Positions 1 to 12,258 of a stretch of 64,000 bases of DNA are shown in pieces (the first letter of the stretch is position 1; each line of letters begins with the position of its first letter). The stretch lies in assembly GCA_053919585.1 (NCBI GenBank), contig CM132793.1, one strand, 5' to 3'. Under the pieces are notes generated by a model. The model made no database searches, was not told the DNA's origin, and was given only the letters and a program-made list of their open reading frames with translations. The DNA comes from Euprymna scolopes (Eukaryota). Both the position numbers and the translations under genes were made by a program.

Positions 1-290
1 TCCGACTATGTTGGTCGATAGTGTACCACGTCACGAGAAAGATGTCCGCACATGTTGTGCTTTTTCGACCTTGGATGATGATGGGAAATAAAAATACCAC
101 ATCAAGGATGATCATGATCCTCTAGTGCGCTTTTGGATGGCCTCAGAAACGCTGCTTACGGAAAAAGAAAGGATGATGAAACGTGCCGGTAGCGATAACA
201 GTAGTCATAAAGAAGATGGGAACGAGGAAGTGATACCTTCAATACTACGGAGAAGTACACGTCGAAAGCATTACCATCTCTCTGCTATTC
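1..290 (+). mobile_element. 3' end of a decayed Ty3/Gypsy pol (integrase C-terminal region), truncated by the window start
   Basis: Reads MLVDSVPRHEKDVR, similar to LVDGTPRHMKD at ~34075 in the Gypsy copy below. It also reads ILRRSTRRK, the LRRSxR motif typical of Gypsy pol ends. A G-run followed by TG at ~514-522 may be a PPT and the start of a 3' LTR. Confidence 0.55.
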
Positions 291-1037
291 ATGTGGTAGT
301 TAGAACAGACGGGGTTGTAATAGAAATCATCACTCCGCAAACGATTTCCTGTTTGATTAGCATGTAAATTGACAGCAGAAAATTTAGAAAAAAAGAAATG
401 ACAAGGGTAATTTTGTAGGTCGCTCATTGGTAAAGGTATGCCATTAATTTGCATGTGGATACAATTAGTAACTGTAAAAAGAGACGAATTCTAAAGCATG
501 AGGCCTGATTTTTTGGGGGGTGCAGTTTAGAACGAGTACGAACGGTGGAAGATAATATCGAATACATGAGGATTTAATGCAAGTTAATGACAGAATTTCA
601 ATCACTTGAATAAAATGATTTCACTTGTAAAAGGAAATTCACTTCAAGAAATATATACGGTTGTTTACGCCATGTACTCATATTTTTATTTGTTTTTCAG
701 GTGTTTCAGTAAAATCATTTCAGCGATAACTGTCATGTATTTTCCCAAGATTATATGCACTGATTAATAAACACGTCAAAAACTATTAATTTTTATTTCC
801 TTTCATTTATTTAATGCATACCATTTGCTCTGTGTGTTGTTTTTATAGCAGTTTATCAATTATCACTACTTCACGTGACTCACACTTTAATTTTATGCTT
901 TTCGTGGAAATTCACTTACCGAATCCATTTTTGTTTTGTGCGATATTTTCCAATGTAGCAACCAGTTACACTTGCAAACCTAAATAAAGAGTCTGAGATG
1001 GATTACTGTACGCCGGCTACAAAGAATATCATCTATA

Positions 1038-1426
1038 CTAGCGGCCCTAATGAACCAGCTTGTTTTTTTTTCACTTTGTGGTGAGTTTTGTGTGTATATA
1101 ACGACAACTTCGTGATATCAAGCAGTATACAGAAAAATATCATGCGTTGGGGGGGATATTTGGAAAAACGCACTATACTTCTCACACTCTTTTAGGTCTA
1201 TTAGCCAAGAATATAAAAAAATACCGCAAATATTGTTAATGCAATAATAGTGCCAATAACTACGTGCAAATCCTGGCAAAAAAAAAACGGGCCAACCATG
1301 GAAAAAGAATTACGCCGATTTTGCAAATTCTTTAAATGCTCAGTACTATCTCATTTTCGTCGCCAACCATACTAAGTGGCCGGAAGTCCTTAAATGTATA
1401 AGATCTTTCATAAGTTTAATAATAGA
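1038..1426 (-). mobile_element. Possible degenerate non-autonomous Helitron
   Basis: ATACTAGCGG at the left end resembles the minus-strand CTAG end at 5070. The right end reads TCTATTATTAA on the minus strand. The subterminal hairpin is not clear. Confidence 0.25.
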
Positions 1427-3395
1427 CTTCCTACACGATCTATTTCCATGTTTCGGTGTGGTTAGTTTTGTAGTTTCTGATTATAGGATGCAGTGAACAT
1501 TTAATAAATTTAAGCAATTTTACGACACGGATCCATTTAACACATCCAAACCATTCACTACAATACAAGGTCAAATAATATTCTTCGAGTCTTTTATTGC
1601 AGGTAAAAGAAAGCTATAAAACACGCCGAGAGATGAAGGCGACAACAATTTATGCAGGTGTATAGAATAATGCTTTACCCAAATACACATATGGAATGGT
1701 CGAATGAAAATATTAGATTTGCAAGAAAAATATTATCTATCCCAAGAAAAGGAAGTTATTAATCAAGAGCCACTCTTCCTAAAAATGTTATGGCTGTTAC
1801 GAATAAGTGTTGTACAAAGTTTACAAAAATAATAACGTTTTAGCGTAGTACGCAGAGTGAAACAAGAGTAGGACATTTAGTGTACATTATTGAAGGCCCC
1901 AACAACATGCATAAGATCCATCTCAATCAATTAAGAAAATGTCGAATTAATATTCAATGTAATACCACCACAAATCTCACAAACAGAGGACAGTAAGCTT
2001 ACGGAATGCCTGAAGATCAAGGCTGAACCTTAATGCTATGTCTTATTCTACATATCTTTGAAACCTATACCGTGCTTCGACGTGGCTTTTCGTGATCCCA
2101 ATTTTTGTCTTCATCAGATTGAAACAAAACAAAAACATATATTCACCAGTATTCTAAAACCATAGTGTGAAATAACATAGTATTATAGGTTTATTCTTAT
2201 TTAAATGATGCAAAAAATCTGAGACTAAAGTAGGATTTCAAATTACTCATAAACAACTTATATTATTTTACATCAACCTCATCTAAGTAAAAAATAATGG
2301 TGTATATGTTTTCTTTATTTTTAAAGTTATATAAAATACCCAGATAAAGCTGAAGAAACATACATCCGCCATCATACACGTGGAGAAATAGATAATCTAA
2401 CGAGGAAAAAACGATATTAAAAATAGAATAGGAAATTATAAAAGGAAGTCCTAGTTCTTTCCTAATACGATAATTTTTATTTGTGTACATAGATAATAAC
2501 AATTTTCTCAGACTTTAATATTTTCAGCGTTTTACGTGGGCAATAAATGTTGGAAAATCTATGCTATTTAGAAATATATCAATGGGTAAACAGCATTAAA
2601 TCATGTTATGCTTGATTAATTCTGTGTAGCATGTTTACTTCCCCCATTCTATGTTCTTGCAGGGTATTATATATATTCTCTTGCTATCTGTCTATGCATA
2701 TGTACTTAACGCAATACTAATTTTTTTCTGGTGATGCAAACAACGCGATAGAAGAATGTCCAAGCGTCTTCAAGGAATCCGATAATAAGTGATCATTTCA
2801 AAGATTCCTTTTTATATTCTCTTCTTTTCTCAAGCTTTTGTGATACGTAGTGAAAGTTTATGCGGTAGAACAGATAAGCATTATCGCTAATATATATCAA
2901 TATATACATACATACACATACACACAACATATAAATATATGTGTGTGTATTTGTTCACTTTACTTGACAATTATCGCAGTCATATTATCGTGATTGATCA
3001 CACTCACACACACATACACACACGCACACACACACGTATCTATATATCTATACAAGTGGGCGTGTCTGTGTTTTTATAAAGCATTGAAATGCAATTTCAA
3101 TTAAAATGTAAAATCACTAAGTTGCCTTTTTTATTGCAACTAGATAACTATCACGATCAATAGGCCAGAGTATAGCATCTCATTGTTCTAATTACTTGCT
3201 AGTTGTCTAGTTACACTAAAAAAACAGGGTATTAATTTATAAATCTCTTAATGACACTAAGCATTTATTATAATTTTAATCTGATTGCATGTCAATATAT
3301 ATATATATCTACTTTTAACCATAGTAAAAATAAAATTACTTTCATATAAATTACTACATTCATTCCACTTTTTTGTTTAGGTATCTAGGTATATA

Positions 3396-3820
3396 TCTAT
3401 AAAAGTGAAAGTTCGTCTGTGTTTGCGTCTGTGTACATTTCCCTACGCAATAACCCTGTCAATTTTTAGTCTACAGAATCAAAAGTTGACATACATGCCA
3501 CTGAGATGTGGGGAAATCTATGTGATTAGATTTTGGCCAGAAATTTTGCGATTAAGGGGTCAGAGTTCAACGATTTGACCTTTGAGAACTCTACCAAACT
3601 CCTCCGACAATTTTGGGTCTAAACACTTGACATTTTAGATATAGATTCCTTGCACATGGATCTAACTTAATAACTTTATTTGAGGCCAAAACAATACATC
3701 TTAATGGGTCATAATAGGGATAAAAGTTTTAAAAAATTGACCTTTTTTTTGCTCAGCATACACCTCCAAACACCCGGGCAACACCGGGCAACACCGGGCA
3801 ACACCGGGTACCCATGCTAG
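3396..3820 (+). mobile_element. Non-autonomous Helitron, copy 1 of a tandem pair
   Basis: Starts 5' TCTATAAAAGTG after an A. Ends with a 3' hairpin CCGGGCAACACCGGG (unit reiterated) followed by CTAG|T. Confidence 0.8.
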
Positions 3821-3824
3821 TATA

Positions 3825-4274
3825 TCTATAAAAGTGAACATATTTGTGTGTCTGTGTATGTATGTCTCTCTGTCTGTCTGTGTGTCTGTCTGTTTACATT
3901 TCCTTACGCAATAACTCTGTCAATTTTTTGTCTAGAGATCCGAAATTTGATACACATGGTACTGAGATTTGGGAAAATCTATGTGATCGGTTTTCGGCTA
4001 GACATTTGGCTGTTAAGGGTCAAAGTTTAACGATTTGACCTTTGAGAACTCTCGCAAACTCCTCCAACAATTTGGGGTCTAAATACTTGAAATTTTAGAT
4101 ATAGTTTCCTGGGACATGGACCAAACTTAATAACTTACCCAAAACAATAAATTAAGAGGGGTCATAATAGGAGTCAAATATTTAAAAAAAATTACGTTTT
4201 TTTTTTTTTTTTGTAAACTTTTTTCGCTCAGCATACACCTCCAAACACCGGACAACGCCGGACACCCATGCTAG
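3825..4274 (+). mobile_element. Non-autonomous Helitron, copy 2 of a tandem pair
   Basis: Same TCTATAAAAGTG start, colinear similarity to 3396-3820, and ends CCGGACAACGCCGG...CATGCTAG|T. Confidence 0.8.
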
Positions 4275-4631
4275 TTATAATATAATATTACAAAATGCAA
4301 CCCCATTATACCATTTGACAATACACCCTGAAAAGAAAGGTTTACATAAACAGACCCCACCATGTCACGTTGCACTTATATATCCTTTCTTCATGTCCAG
4401 TCATTCGGTTAACACCCCCCTCTTTTTATCCGTCTTGCGATTATAAGCACTCTGACATTGCCGTGCATCTTTCTTCCTTTCCTTTCACATTTTTTCTTTA
4501 TATCTCATCACACCGCCTGTTACTAAAGTATGTCCGTGTTTTACAATCTTTCATACATGCAGAAATATATTTTCTTATTATATATCAATCCTTATATAAG
4601 AAGCTCAATGTGATTACAGAACAATAGATAG

Positions 4632-5064
4632 AATAAACGACAAAAAATTATATTTCCAAAATTCATGATGTTGACCATCTTATAATTTATTCCTTAAAAT
4701 CAGTTGATTTATACAATTCTTGACAGTATCTGTTTCCTAGCGTAAAATTAATCACTTAATTAGTATATCAATTAGTGAATATATTATGCCCTTAACTCAT
4801 CAGAAGAAATAGCAATAATGAACCCGTCAAAACGAATTGAAATATGATTTGACACGGTGAAAAGCCGAAAATTAGAAGCGAAGCTGCAGTTACGTTTAAC
4901 TTTAAGGGCATAATATATTCACTAATTTATATAATAATTAAATGATTGATGTTTCGCTACCAAACAGATACTGTCAAGAATTGTATAAATCGACTGATTC
5001 AAAAGAGTAAATTATAAGATAGTCAACATCATGAATTTTGGAATATAAATGTTTGCCACTTATT
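4632..5064. repeat. Long inverted repeat (fold-back/MITE-like), ~165-bp arms with ~105-bp spacer
   Basis: 4632-4795 is the imperfect reverse complement of 4902-5064, e.g. TATACAATTCTTGACAGTATCTGTTT / AAACAGATACTGTCAAGAATTGTATA. Confidence 0.9.
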
Positions 5065-5069
5065 ATATA

Positions 5070-5755
5070 CTAGCGGGGGGGTACCCGGCGTTGCCCGGGT
5101 ATTTGGAGGTAGATTAAAACTCCGGGGGGGGGGCTAAAATAAAAAAAATGGTAAGTGAGTATGAGGATCGAAACCGAACGCTTGAGGCGAAGTTGGAAAT
5201 TAAAGTGTGAAAAAAATAAAAAAAGAGTGAGACGTTAACCATTGTCCCACAGCAATATACTTACGTGAACACGTTTGAATTTATTTAATTACTTAGATTT
5301 GGCAGGTGCACGTTTTAATGACTTAATGAGGTCAACTTGGACTGCGGGATAGTATCTCATTTACTGCAGGAACGTTTTTTTTTTCCAAGATGTTGGTGGA
5401 GGGGGGCAGCTCCCTTGTCCAAATTGAATAGCAAGTTTTTGATATAAGGCAAATATTTCAACATTGAGCAAAGCTGATTGCTTTCGGATATTTCCGGCGA
5501 TGGAGAGCGGAAAAATACCACCAGAATTAGTGTCGTTTTTTATTATACGAAAAAGCGTAATCCACATGCGGCGAGCGAAAACTGTTTATATTTATCTTCC
5601 CGAAGTCGAGCAAATTAAATAAACAGGCAAGCCCCGTTGTTAACTCGGAGATATTATGATTTGTATGTGATATAAAAAGTTTTAAGAAATTTTAAACCGA
5701 CTGACGGATCCTCCGAAAAAAGCCTTTCTTGGGCATACACAAAAAGCGAACATAC
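5070..5755 (-). mobile_element. Non-autonomous Helitron with the same 3' terminus but a different body; 5' end lies in an N-gap
   Basis: CTAGC...GGGTACCCGGCGTTGCCCGGGTATTTGGAGGT is the reverse complement of the 3' end of 3396-3820. Confidence 0.7.
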
Positions 5756-8372
5756 NNNNNNNNNNNNNNNNNNNNNNNNNNNNNNNNNNNNNNNNNNNNN
5801 NNNNNNNNNNNNNNNNNNNNNNNNNNNNNNNNNNNNNNNNNNNNNNNNNNNNNNNNNNNNNNNNNNNNNNNNNNNNNNNNNNNNNNNNNNNNNNNNNNGC
5901 TCACCTTGATATTTTTTCCTTGGCATCTATACTCCTCCGTCTTTACTCATGGCTTATTCCAACTAGAAACATCGCACGAGTTTCCTTAAGCCCAATTCGG
6001 CATTTAAACATTTTATGATAACTTATGACATGTATTCTCTTTAATAATTTAGACAACTTTGAAAATTGAGCCGGTTGTATCACATCTGAGTTCTGTGAGT
6101 AGAACCATTTTCATCTTAATTTTTCAGGAGCCTTTCATGTAAAAATGAAAATTCAATCATCTTTTTACCACATTCTGAAAAAAAAAAACTCGCTGCGTAT
6201 TTAATTTATAAACGTATTTATATGTATAACTTATTATGACAGTGTTACAGAATTTATGCCTGGACTTCTGCTACCGCTATATTTTATTGCCGGCGATCAT
6301 TTTTATGTGCGCGTTGCCGTTCATAGCGGACTCTTTATAATTTCCTATATCTTTATTACTTGTGAACCCCAAAACTTAATTTTCATAGATATTTTTATTT
6401 TATTTTCTCTCTATATACATATTGCTTCGTTTCTATTAATTATTATCTTGTCCTTATTTTACGTTGACTTCTCCATAGTGTCGCACTCGGTTTTATTAAA
6501 TCCCCTATCCGTATCCTGTCTCCCTAACAATCCTTATCTCTCCTTACTTTACAATGTTCAACTATTCATCATAATGTTTACTGTAAACATTGTTATATAT
6601 TATAATTTTATATTTGTTTACTCGACATGCCCCTAATGTTGTTATTAAATTTGCAAATTATTATTATTATTATTATTATTATTGATTTTGTTATTATCAT
6701 CAATATTATATTTCTATTATTATTACAATCATTACGATTATTCCTAGTAGTATTACTTTTACAATTATATTTACCATTATATATGTATGTTTTTTATTTA
6801 AATTACTATCATTGTTTTATTTTTGTACTATTATTTTATTTACATTTAATATTTCGTTTTGCATATTTTATATCTTTATGCTCTTAATGCAGGCCCCGTC
6901 TTTGCTTTTGTCTTTGTTAATAATAACAAATTTCTTAATAATACTACTCCGCATATTTCCTTATTCCATACGACCTTTATTTTATAATTTCTTATTAATT
7001 CTTCTATCTTTTTTTCTGAAATTAATTACATATCTCTTCATAAAAATATATGATAACGTGTCATGAAGCTCCTAATCATATTCAAGTTCCCTTATATTCA
7101 TTATAGGATAACTTCAGTGTGGCTTGTCAACCTTCATCTCAGTACCATTCAATTTTAAAGAGAGAGACAAGTGGCAGCTTTAACATTTTAGATATGAAAA
7201 CGATAATTCATTAATCGCTGAATGGTGGTTTTGTGGAAATATAGTATATAATCAGGAATGAGTAATTTTCTAAGACAATAGAAAGGGTTCACTGTTTTGG
7301 CAGCAACCTTTATTATTAACTTGGCAACAATTCATTTTCTTGTGAATTTTTAGTCGAAGAGTTTGTACGAAGAGATCTTAAGCAATATATTATTAGTAAG
7401 TGCAATCTTTGGTTGTTTATTGCAATTATTAAAGAAATATACCTTGTCTTGTAAGCATTGTATGTATCTATCAATGTACGTTCTATTATACTACATACTG
7501 GGTTTCTGCATTGATATTATATACATGTGTATTTGCCTTCCCTCTGTTTCTATGCTGTTTGCTATTTGTCAAAACCGCTTGGAACAAACTCGCTGCTCAG
7601 CCAGTTTGGGCTTGACTGACTGAGAATACGGCTCTCTCGCGTTCTTCATTACTCTTTTACAGTAGCTGCTGGCAGTCCTGAAAGCGGCTTTAATCTCAGT
7701 AGATTTGTTACGTTGGAAGCAATGGAAAACGTGATTTTTTTATGCAATGGCAGCAGCATATTACGGAGAGAACACAGCTGGCTGTTAGCTTTGAAACGGC
7801 CTTAGCCTAAATTAATCATCTTGTCAGGTCTGATAATATAGAGGAGGCATCCTGTTTAAACATNNNNNNNNNNNNNNNNNNNNNNNNNNNNNNNNNNNNN
7901 NNNNNNNNNNNNNNNNNNNNNNNNNNNNNNNNNNNNNNNNNNNNNNNNNNNNNNNNNNNNNNNNNNNNNNNNNNNNNNNNNNNNNNNNNNNNNNNNNNNN
8001 NNNNNNNNNNNNNNNNNNNNNNNNNNNNNNNNNNNNNNNNNNNNNNNNNNNNNNNNNNNNNNNNNNNNNNNNNNNNNNNNNNNNNNNNNNNNNNNNNNNN
8101 NNNNNNNNNNNNNNNNNNNNNNNNNNNNNNNNNNNNNNNNNNNNNNNNNNNNNNGAGTATCAATATACTGTACGATGACGGACGTCTTATTACATTTTGT
8201 TTTTATCTTAACTGACATAGCTAAGTGGTCTGAAGATCGAAATGGGGACAGAACGAAATTACGTGTAAGTATATTAATGTGGATACGTTAAATGATTTAT
8301 ACTTGCGTCATATTTGCGTAAAAAGTTTATAGTAAACTCAAAACTATATATATATATTTATATATCAATATA

Positions 8373-9238
8373 TCTATAAAAGTGACATTATTTTTGTGTG
8401 CATGTGTGTACATTTCTCTACAGAACTACTCTGTCAATTTTCAGTCTACAGACTCGAGATTTTGTAGGAGTACTGAGATTTCGGAAAATCTTTTCAATCG
8501 ATTGCCGGGCAGAAATATGGCCGTCAAGAGGTCAAAGTTCAACGTTTGATCTTTAAAACTCTTCCAAACTTCTCTGCTAATTTTGGGTCTAAACACTTAA
8601 AATTTTGGATGATGGTTAATTGGATATTGATCAAAATGTTAATTGATTTGTGCCCAAAAGAATAAATGGTAAGTGGCCAATTATTTTTAAAAGTGACGTT
8701 TCGGGTCTCTACAAATTATTCAGCCAATTTTGGGTTTAGACACTTTAAATTTTACATGATACACAGAACCAGGGTCCAATCGATTTTGGCCGAAATTTTG
8801 CTTCCAAGGGAATAAAGTTGTAAAGAGTTTACGTTTGCGGTCTATAGCAATCTATTCAGACAATTATGGGTCTAAAAATTTGAAATTTTACATAAAGGGA
8901 ATTCCGATATGCTGCAAGATTTTTAATCAAATTTTGTCGGAAAATTTGCCTACCAAGAAGTCAAAGTTGAAAGAGTTGATCTTTGCAAACTTTTCCGCCA
9001 ATTTTGCGTTTAAAAACTTGAAATTTTAGATGTAGGTTTCCTTGATGTATACATATACATGCAAATAAAATTATGAAGACTACATAGGGCCCGAGTAAAG
9101 ACGTATTTTGTGTACAGAATATATATGAACCTATGCGAAAATTTATATTTGGCTTTTAGCTCGGGTAAGTCAGTACAAACATGTGAATATTAAAGAAAAA
9201 ATTAAAATCTCCTGGTAAAGGTCGAATGTCGGCATTAG
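8373..9238 (+). mobile_element. Older Helitron of the 3396 family with ~5 internal ~140-bp subrepeats
   Basis: TCTATAAAAGTG start. The motif CAATTTTGGGTCTAAACACTTRAAATTTTA recurs at ~8435, 8579, 8725, 8861 and 8999. The hairpin and TTAG end are degenerate. Confidence 0.7.
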
Positions 9239-10121
9239 TAATATGCATGCATAACGCAGTAGTTATGGACTTATGTTTTAAGTTTTAGCCTTGACGCAAA
9301 TATGTCTTCCTAGCTCAGTCATTTACGGCAGAGGACGAAATCAATCATCCGATAGTATACATATATGTATATACATATATATATTTATATATATATATTA
9401 TATGTTTGTTGATATTTTAATGTCTGTGTTTGTAAAAATAACATCTTACCATGCTATGCATTTTCTATATCTTAATCTACGTAGTTTTTATAATCGGATT
9501 CTACAGCAAATTATAATTTCGCTTTTAATTTACTTATTTCATTATAATTTGAACATCATTTGTTTAATTAAAAAAAGGATTCCCATTAAAATAAACCATT
9601 TTTCATGAATCTAATATTATTACATCTAAATATACAAAATTGTTTTGTAAAGCAGTACAGTAAGAACACATTTTATTATCACATTTGTCTACAATAGTAA
9701 CAAGTCATAATACGTTTCATTCGAGGCTTCTAAATTACTTTACTACATCTGCTTCAAGAATACTACATCTTTTTTTAACTATAACAAATGTAATTAAGAA
9801 CATATTTACTAATTCCCATTTATTCATTCTGATTCCTCATAAAATAATTTTATGTAAGATTAAAAAGTATTTCTTTATTTTTCGTATTGCTTTTGATTTC
9901 ATTTGTGTGAGTGTGTGTTTGCCGAATCGTGGTTTAGTGTTTAAATATATTTTTGTATTTATAAACAAAATTATGTGAATAAACATATTTACAGTTGAAG
10001 TATAGTTTGCACTAAGATTTAATTAAATTCGTAAACATTTTAATACAAAAATAAACAAAGTAAATGCATGAAATGTATTAACATGCGAGTAAATTTGCAA
10101 TAGATAACAAAATTTCATATG

Positions 10122-10322
10122 AATTTGCGTTAAGTGTGTTCAAATTTGTAATGATAAATATTTGCTACGTAGGTGTAGTTGCGTTTGTGTAACTTTGTAT
10201 AAATGTGTTATATTTGCGTAAACATATTCAAAATAAATTTGCATTAGTGTGTTAAATTTGTATTAGTAAATATTTATTACTAAGGCGTAGTAACGTTTGT
10301 GTTAACTTGTATAAGAAAGTTA
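10122..10322. repeat. Degenerate tandem duplication, period ~114 bp
   Basis: AATTTGC...AGTGTGTT...AAATTTGTA...TAAATATTT...GTAGT...CGTTTGTGT...TTGTATAA occurs at 10122 and again at 10236. Confidence 0.7.
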
Positions 10323-10358
10323 AATTTTATTTAATTATACTTATGTACATTATCATTT

Positions 10359-10456
10359 ATGTGAATCAGCAATCAAATTAGTACAAATCGATACGGATTA
10401 GTATTTCTAAATACTAATCCGTATCGATTTGTATTAACTGTCTTGCTTATTCACAT
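10359..10456. repeat. Hairpin with a perfect 25-bp inner stem (10382-10406 / 10409-10433), 2-nt loop and degenerate outer arms
   Basis: TACAAATCGATACGGATTAGTATTT ct AAATACTAATCCGTATCGATTTGTA. Confidence 0.95.
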
Positions 10457-11189
10457 GTATATGAACATCTATATTTTTGTATGCATACACACACACACAC
10501 ATATATATATATATATCTATATATATATATATATATATATTGATTTCAAAGAAAACTTAATTAGAATCAGACGTAGACATTTTGTGTTGCAGAGAAAGCA
10601 AAAACTCACGCGTTTAATTTCCAACTATTTTCTTGTACTCTGTGTTTGAAAGGGAGTAACTTTTGTACTTTAGTAAACAACTGAAACAGTTGGCAACACG
10701 CAGGATTACAGTTAACAAAAGAAAACACATATTTGTAATTAACATGTGTGATAACAAAAAGAACATAGTTTTGCTTTTAATCTCCATATATTTTTGCAAG
10801 GTTAATTGTATGATGCATTTTAGAACAGAACATTGATTGAATGTGTGAAAGGGGACAGAAATGTGAGGTTAATGTTAATTTATTAGCCTGCCCATGTAAT
10901 TAACTCGGCCTAAATGTTAATCACAATCTCTACCAAGCTTTTTTAATTATAAAACACATTGCCATCGGGTTTTCTTGCGAAGAATTACTTTACTGTTTCC
11001 GTTTATTTTCTTAATACATGCTGTGTTATCAAAACAATAAAATGATTGTCGGAAGAAGCTATGTTTAGAAAAAATCCCTTTTACAGAAAAAGAAACATAT
11101 TAATAAATTGTAAGTAAACCAGTAAACGCATCTACAATTCTCATTTTTATTTCCGTAATACAATAAGTTATTTCGATTACATGAAAACT

Positions 11190-11385
11190 AATTATGTTTC
11201 TCAGAAGAATAGCTATTCGAATCTAGGTTTCCTATATTACTTCTAATCTGAATTTAATATATCAATAAGAAATATACACATAGCATATCAATAATTTGAA
11301 TACTAACTTATCGAGTGGCATGCGTCACCTGTATAAAAGTTACGTACGTCCTAGTATGGAATGCTCATGTCACATTTTGCAGGAA
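11190..11385 (+). mobile_element. Short CR1/L2-type RT fragment
   Basis: Translates to HLYKSYVRPSMECSCHI, matching the LYKSxIRPxMEYCxHxW motif. Confidence 0.45.
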
Positions 11386-11835
11386 ATGCGAGAACGTTCC
11401 TGTACTGTCCTGAAATAGTTTTAAAAAAAACTTCGTAGCCTAGTTGGGATCTCATTTTCTCTTCTCAGAAACCTATTTTTCACAGAAGAAACATTGCGAG
11501 CCTGTTCCTGTTCTATTGTCATTTTCATGACAACTTCTCGTCCAAGCTCTATCCTATGTTCCCGGCTTGCCAAGCCTTCATGGAACACACTCGAATCGCT
11601 GAAACGACTATCAATAATTACCCCACTTGAGCTGGTTATAGTATACTGCCTTCAAGTCAAACATAACAAAAGTTCTTGATAATCCGACCCATTAAGTAAT
11701 CACAATTTACTAAATTTTAATTACTAAAAGTTACTACGCTATAGTCCCACTGACTACGTTACACTCACTAACCCTTATTCTCGAGTTATTTCAAGGCCTC
11801 GATGACTCTTTTGTAAAAAAATGAAGCAGACATAT

Positions 11836-11837
<2 letters not shown>

Positions 11838-11904
<67 letters not shown>
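11838..11904. repeat. (AAT)n microsatellite
   Basis: About 22 units, directly visible. Confidence 0.98.
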
Positions 11905-11907
<3 letters not shown>

Positions 11908-12258
11908 TAGGATTAGTCACACACGCCAGTATCAAATATTTCTTGTGATGTTCTCTGGAGTGATAGTGACAACGAGTCTCTCCAAGTTTCTATTTCTCTC
12001 CATCTTTTTCGGTAATCTTTGCAGATAAACTTGCGTAATCGCAACAACCACTTACCATCGTTTTCTCATTGTCAGTGATCATTGGTCTCTATTGGAATTA
12101 GGGAGTCTGCATTTGGTATTTTCTCATGTCTTGTCGATCCTGGCTTTAATATGGTTTTCTAATTCTGCTTTCTTGTGCGGATTCATTTTCTGTGATTACA
12201 TAAATTATTTGTAGCCAATTTTAAGTATTTTCATTAATCTTATCTTTTGTAGTCCCTA

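Noticed and set aside
2065-2125. Minus-strand CUGAUGA-A-GAC...GUC-GAAG motif after a possible decayed Penelope region (1430-2130)
   Set aside because: The GAAA box is mutated, there is no stem I, and the protein motifs are too eroded to call.
3770-3810. Short direct repeats that could suggest a CRISPR-like array
   Set aside because: These are contiguous 10-bp units without spacers, in a eukaryotic context, and form part of a Helitron hairpin.
6256-7066. Overlapping Ile/Leu/Phe-rich ORFs
   Set aside because: These come from low-complexity T-rich and (TTA)n sequence, with no domain motifs.
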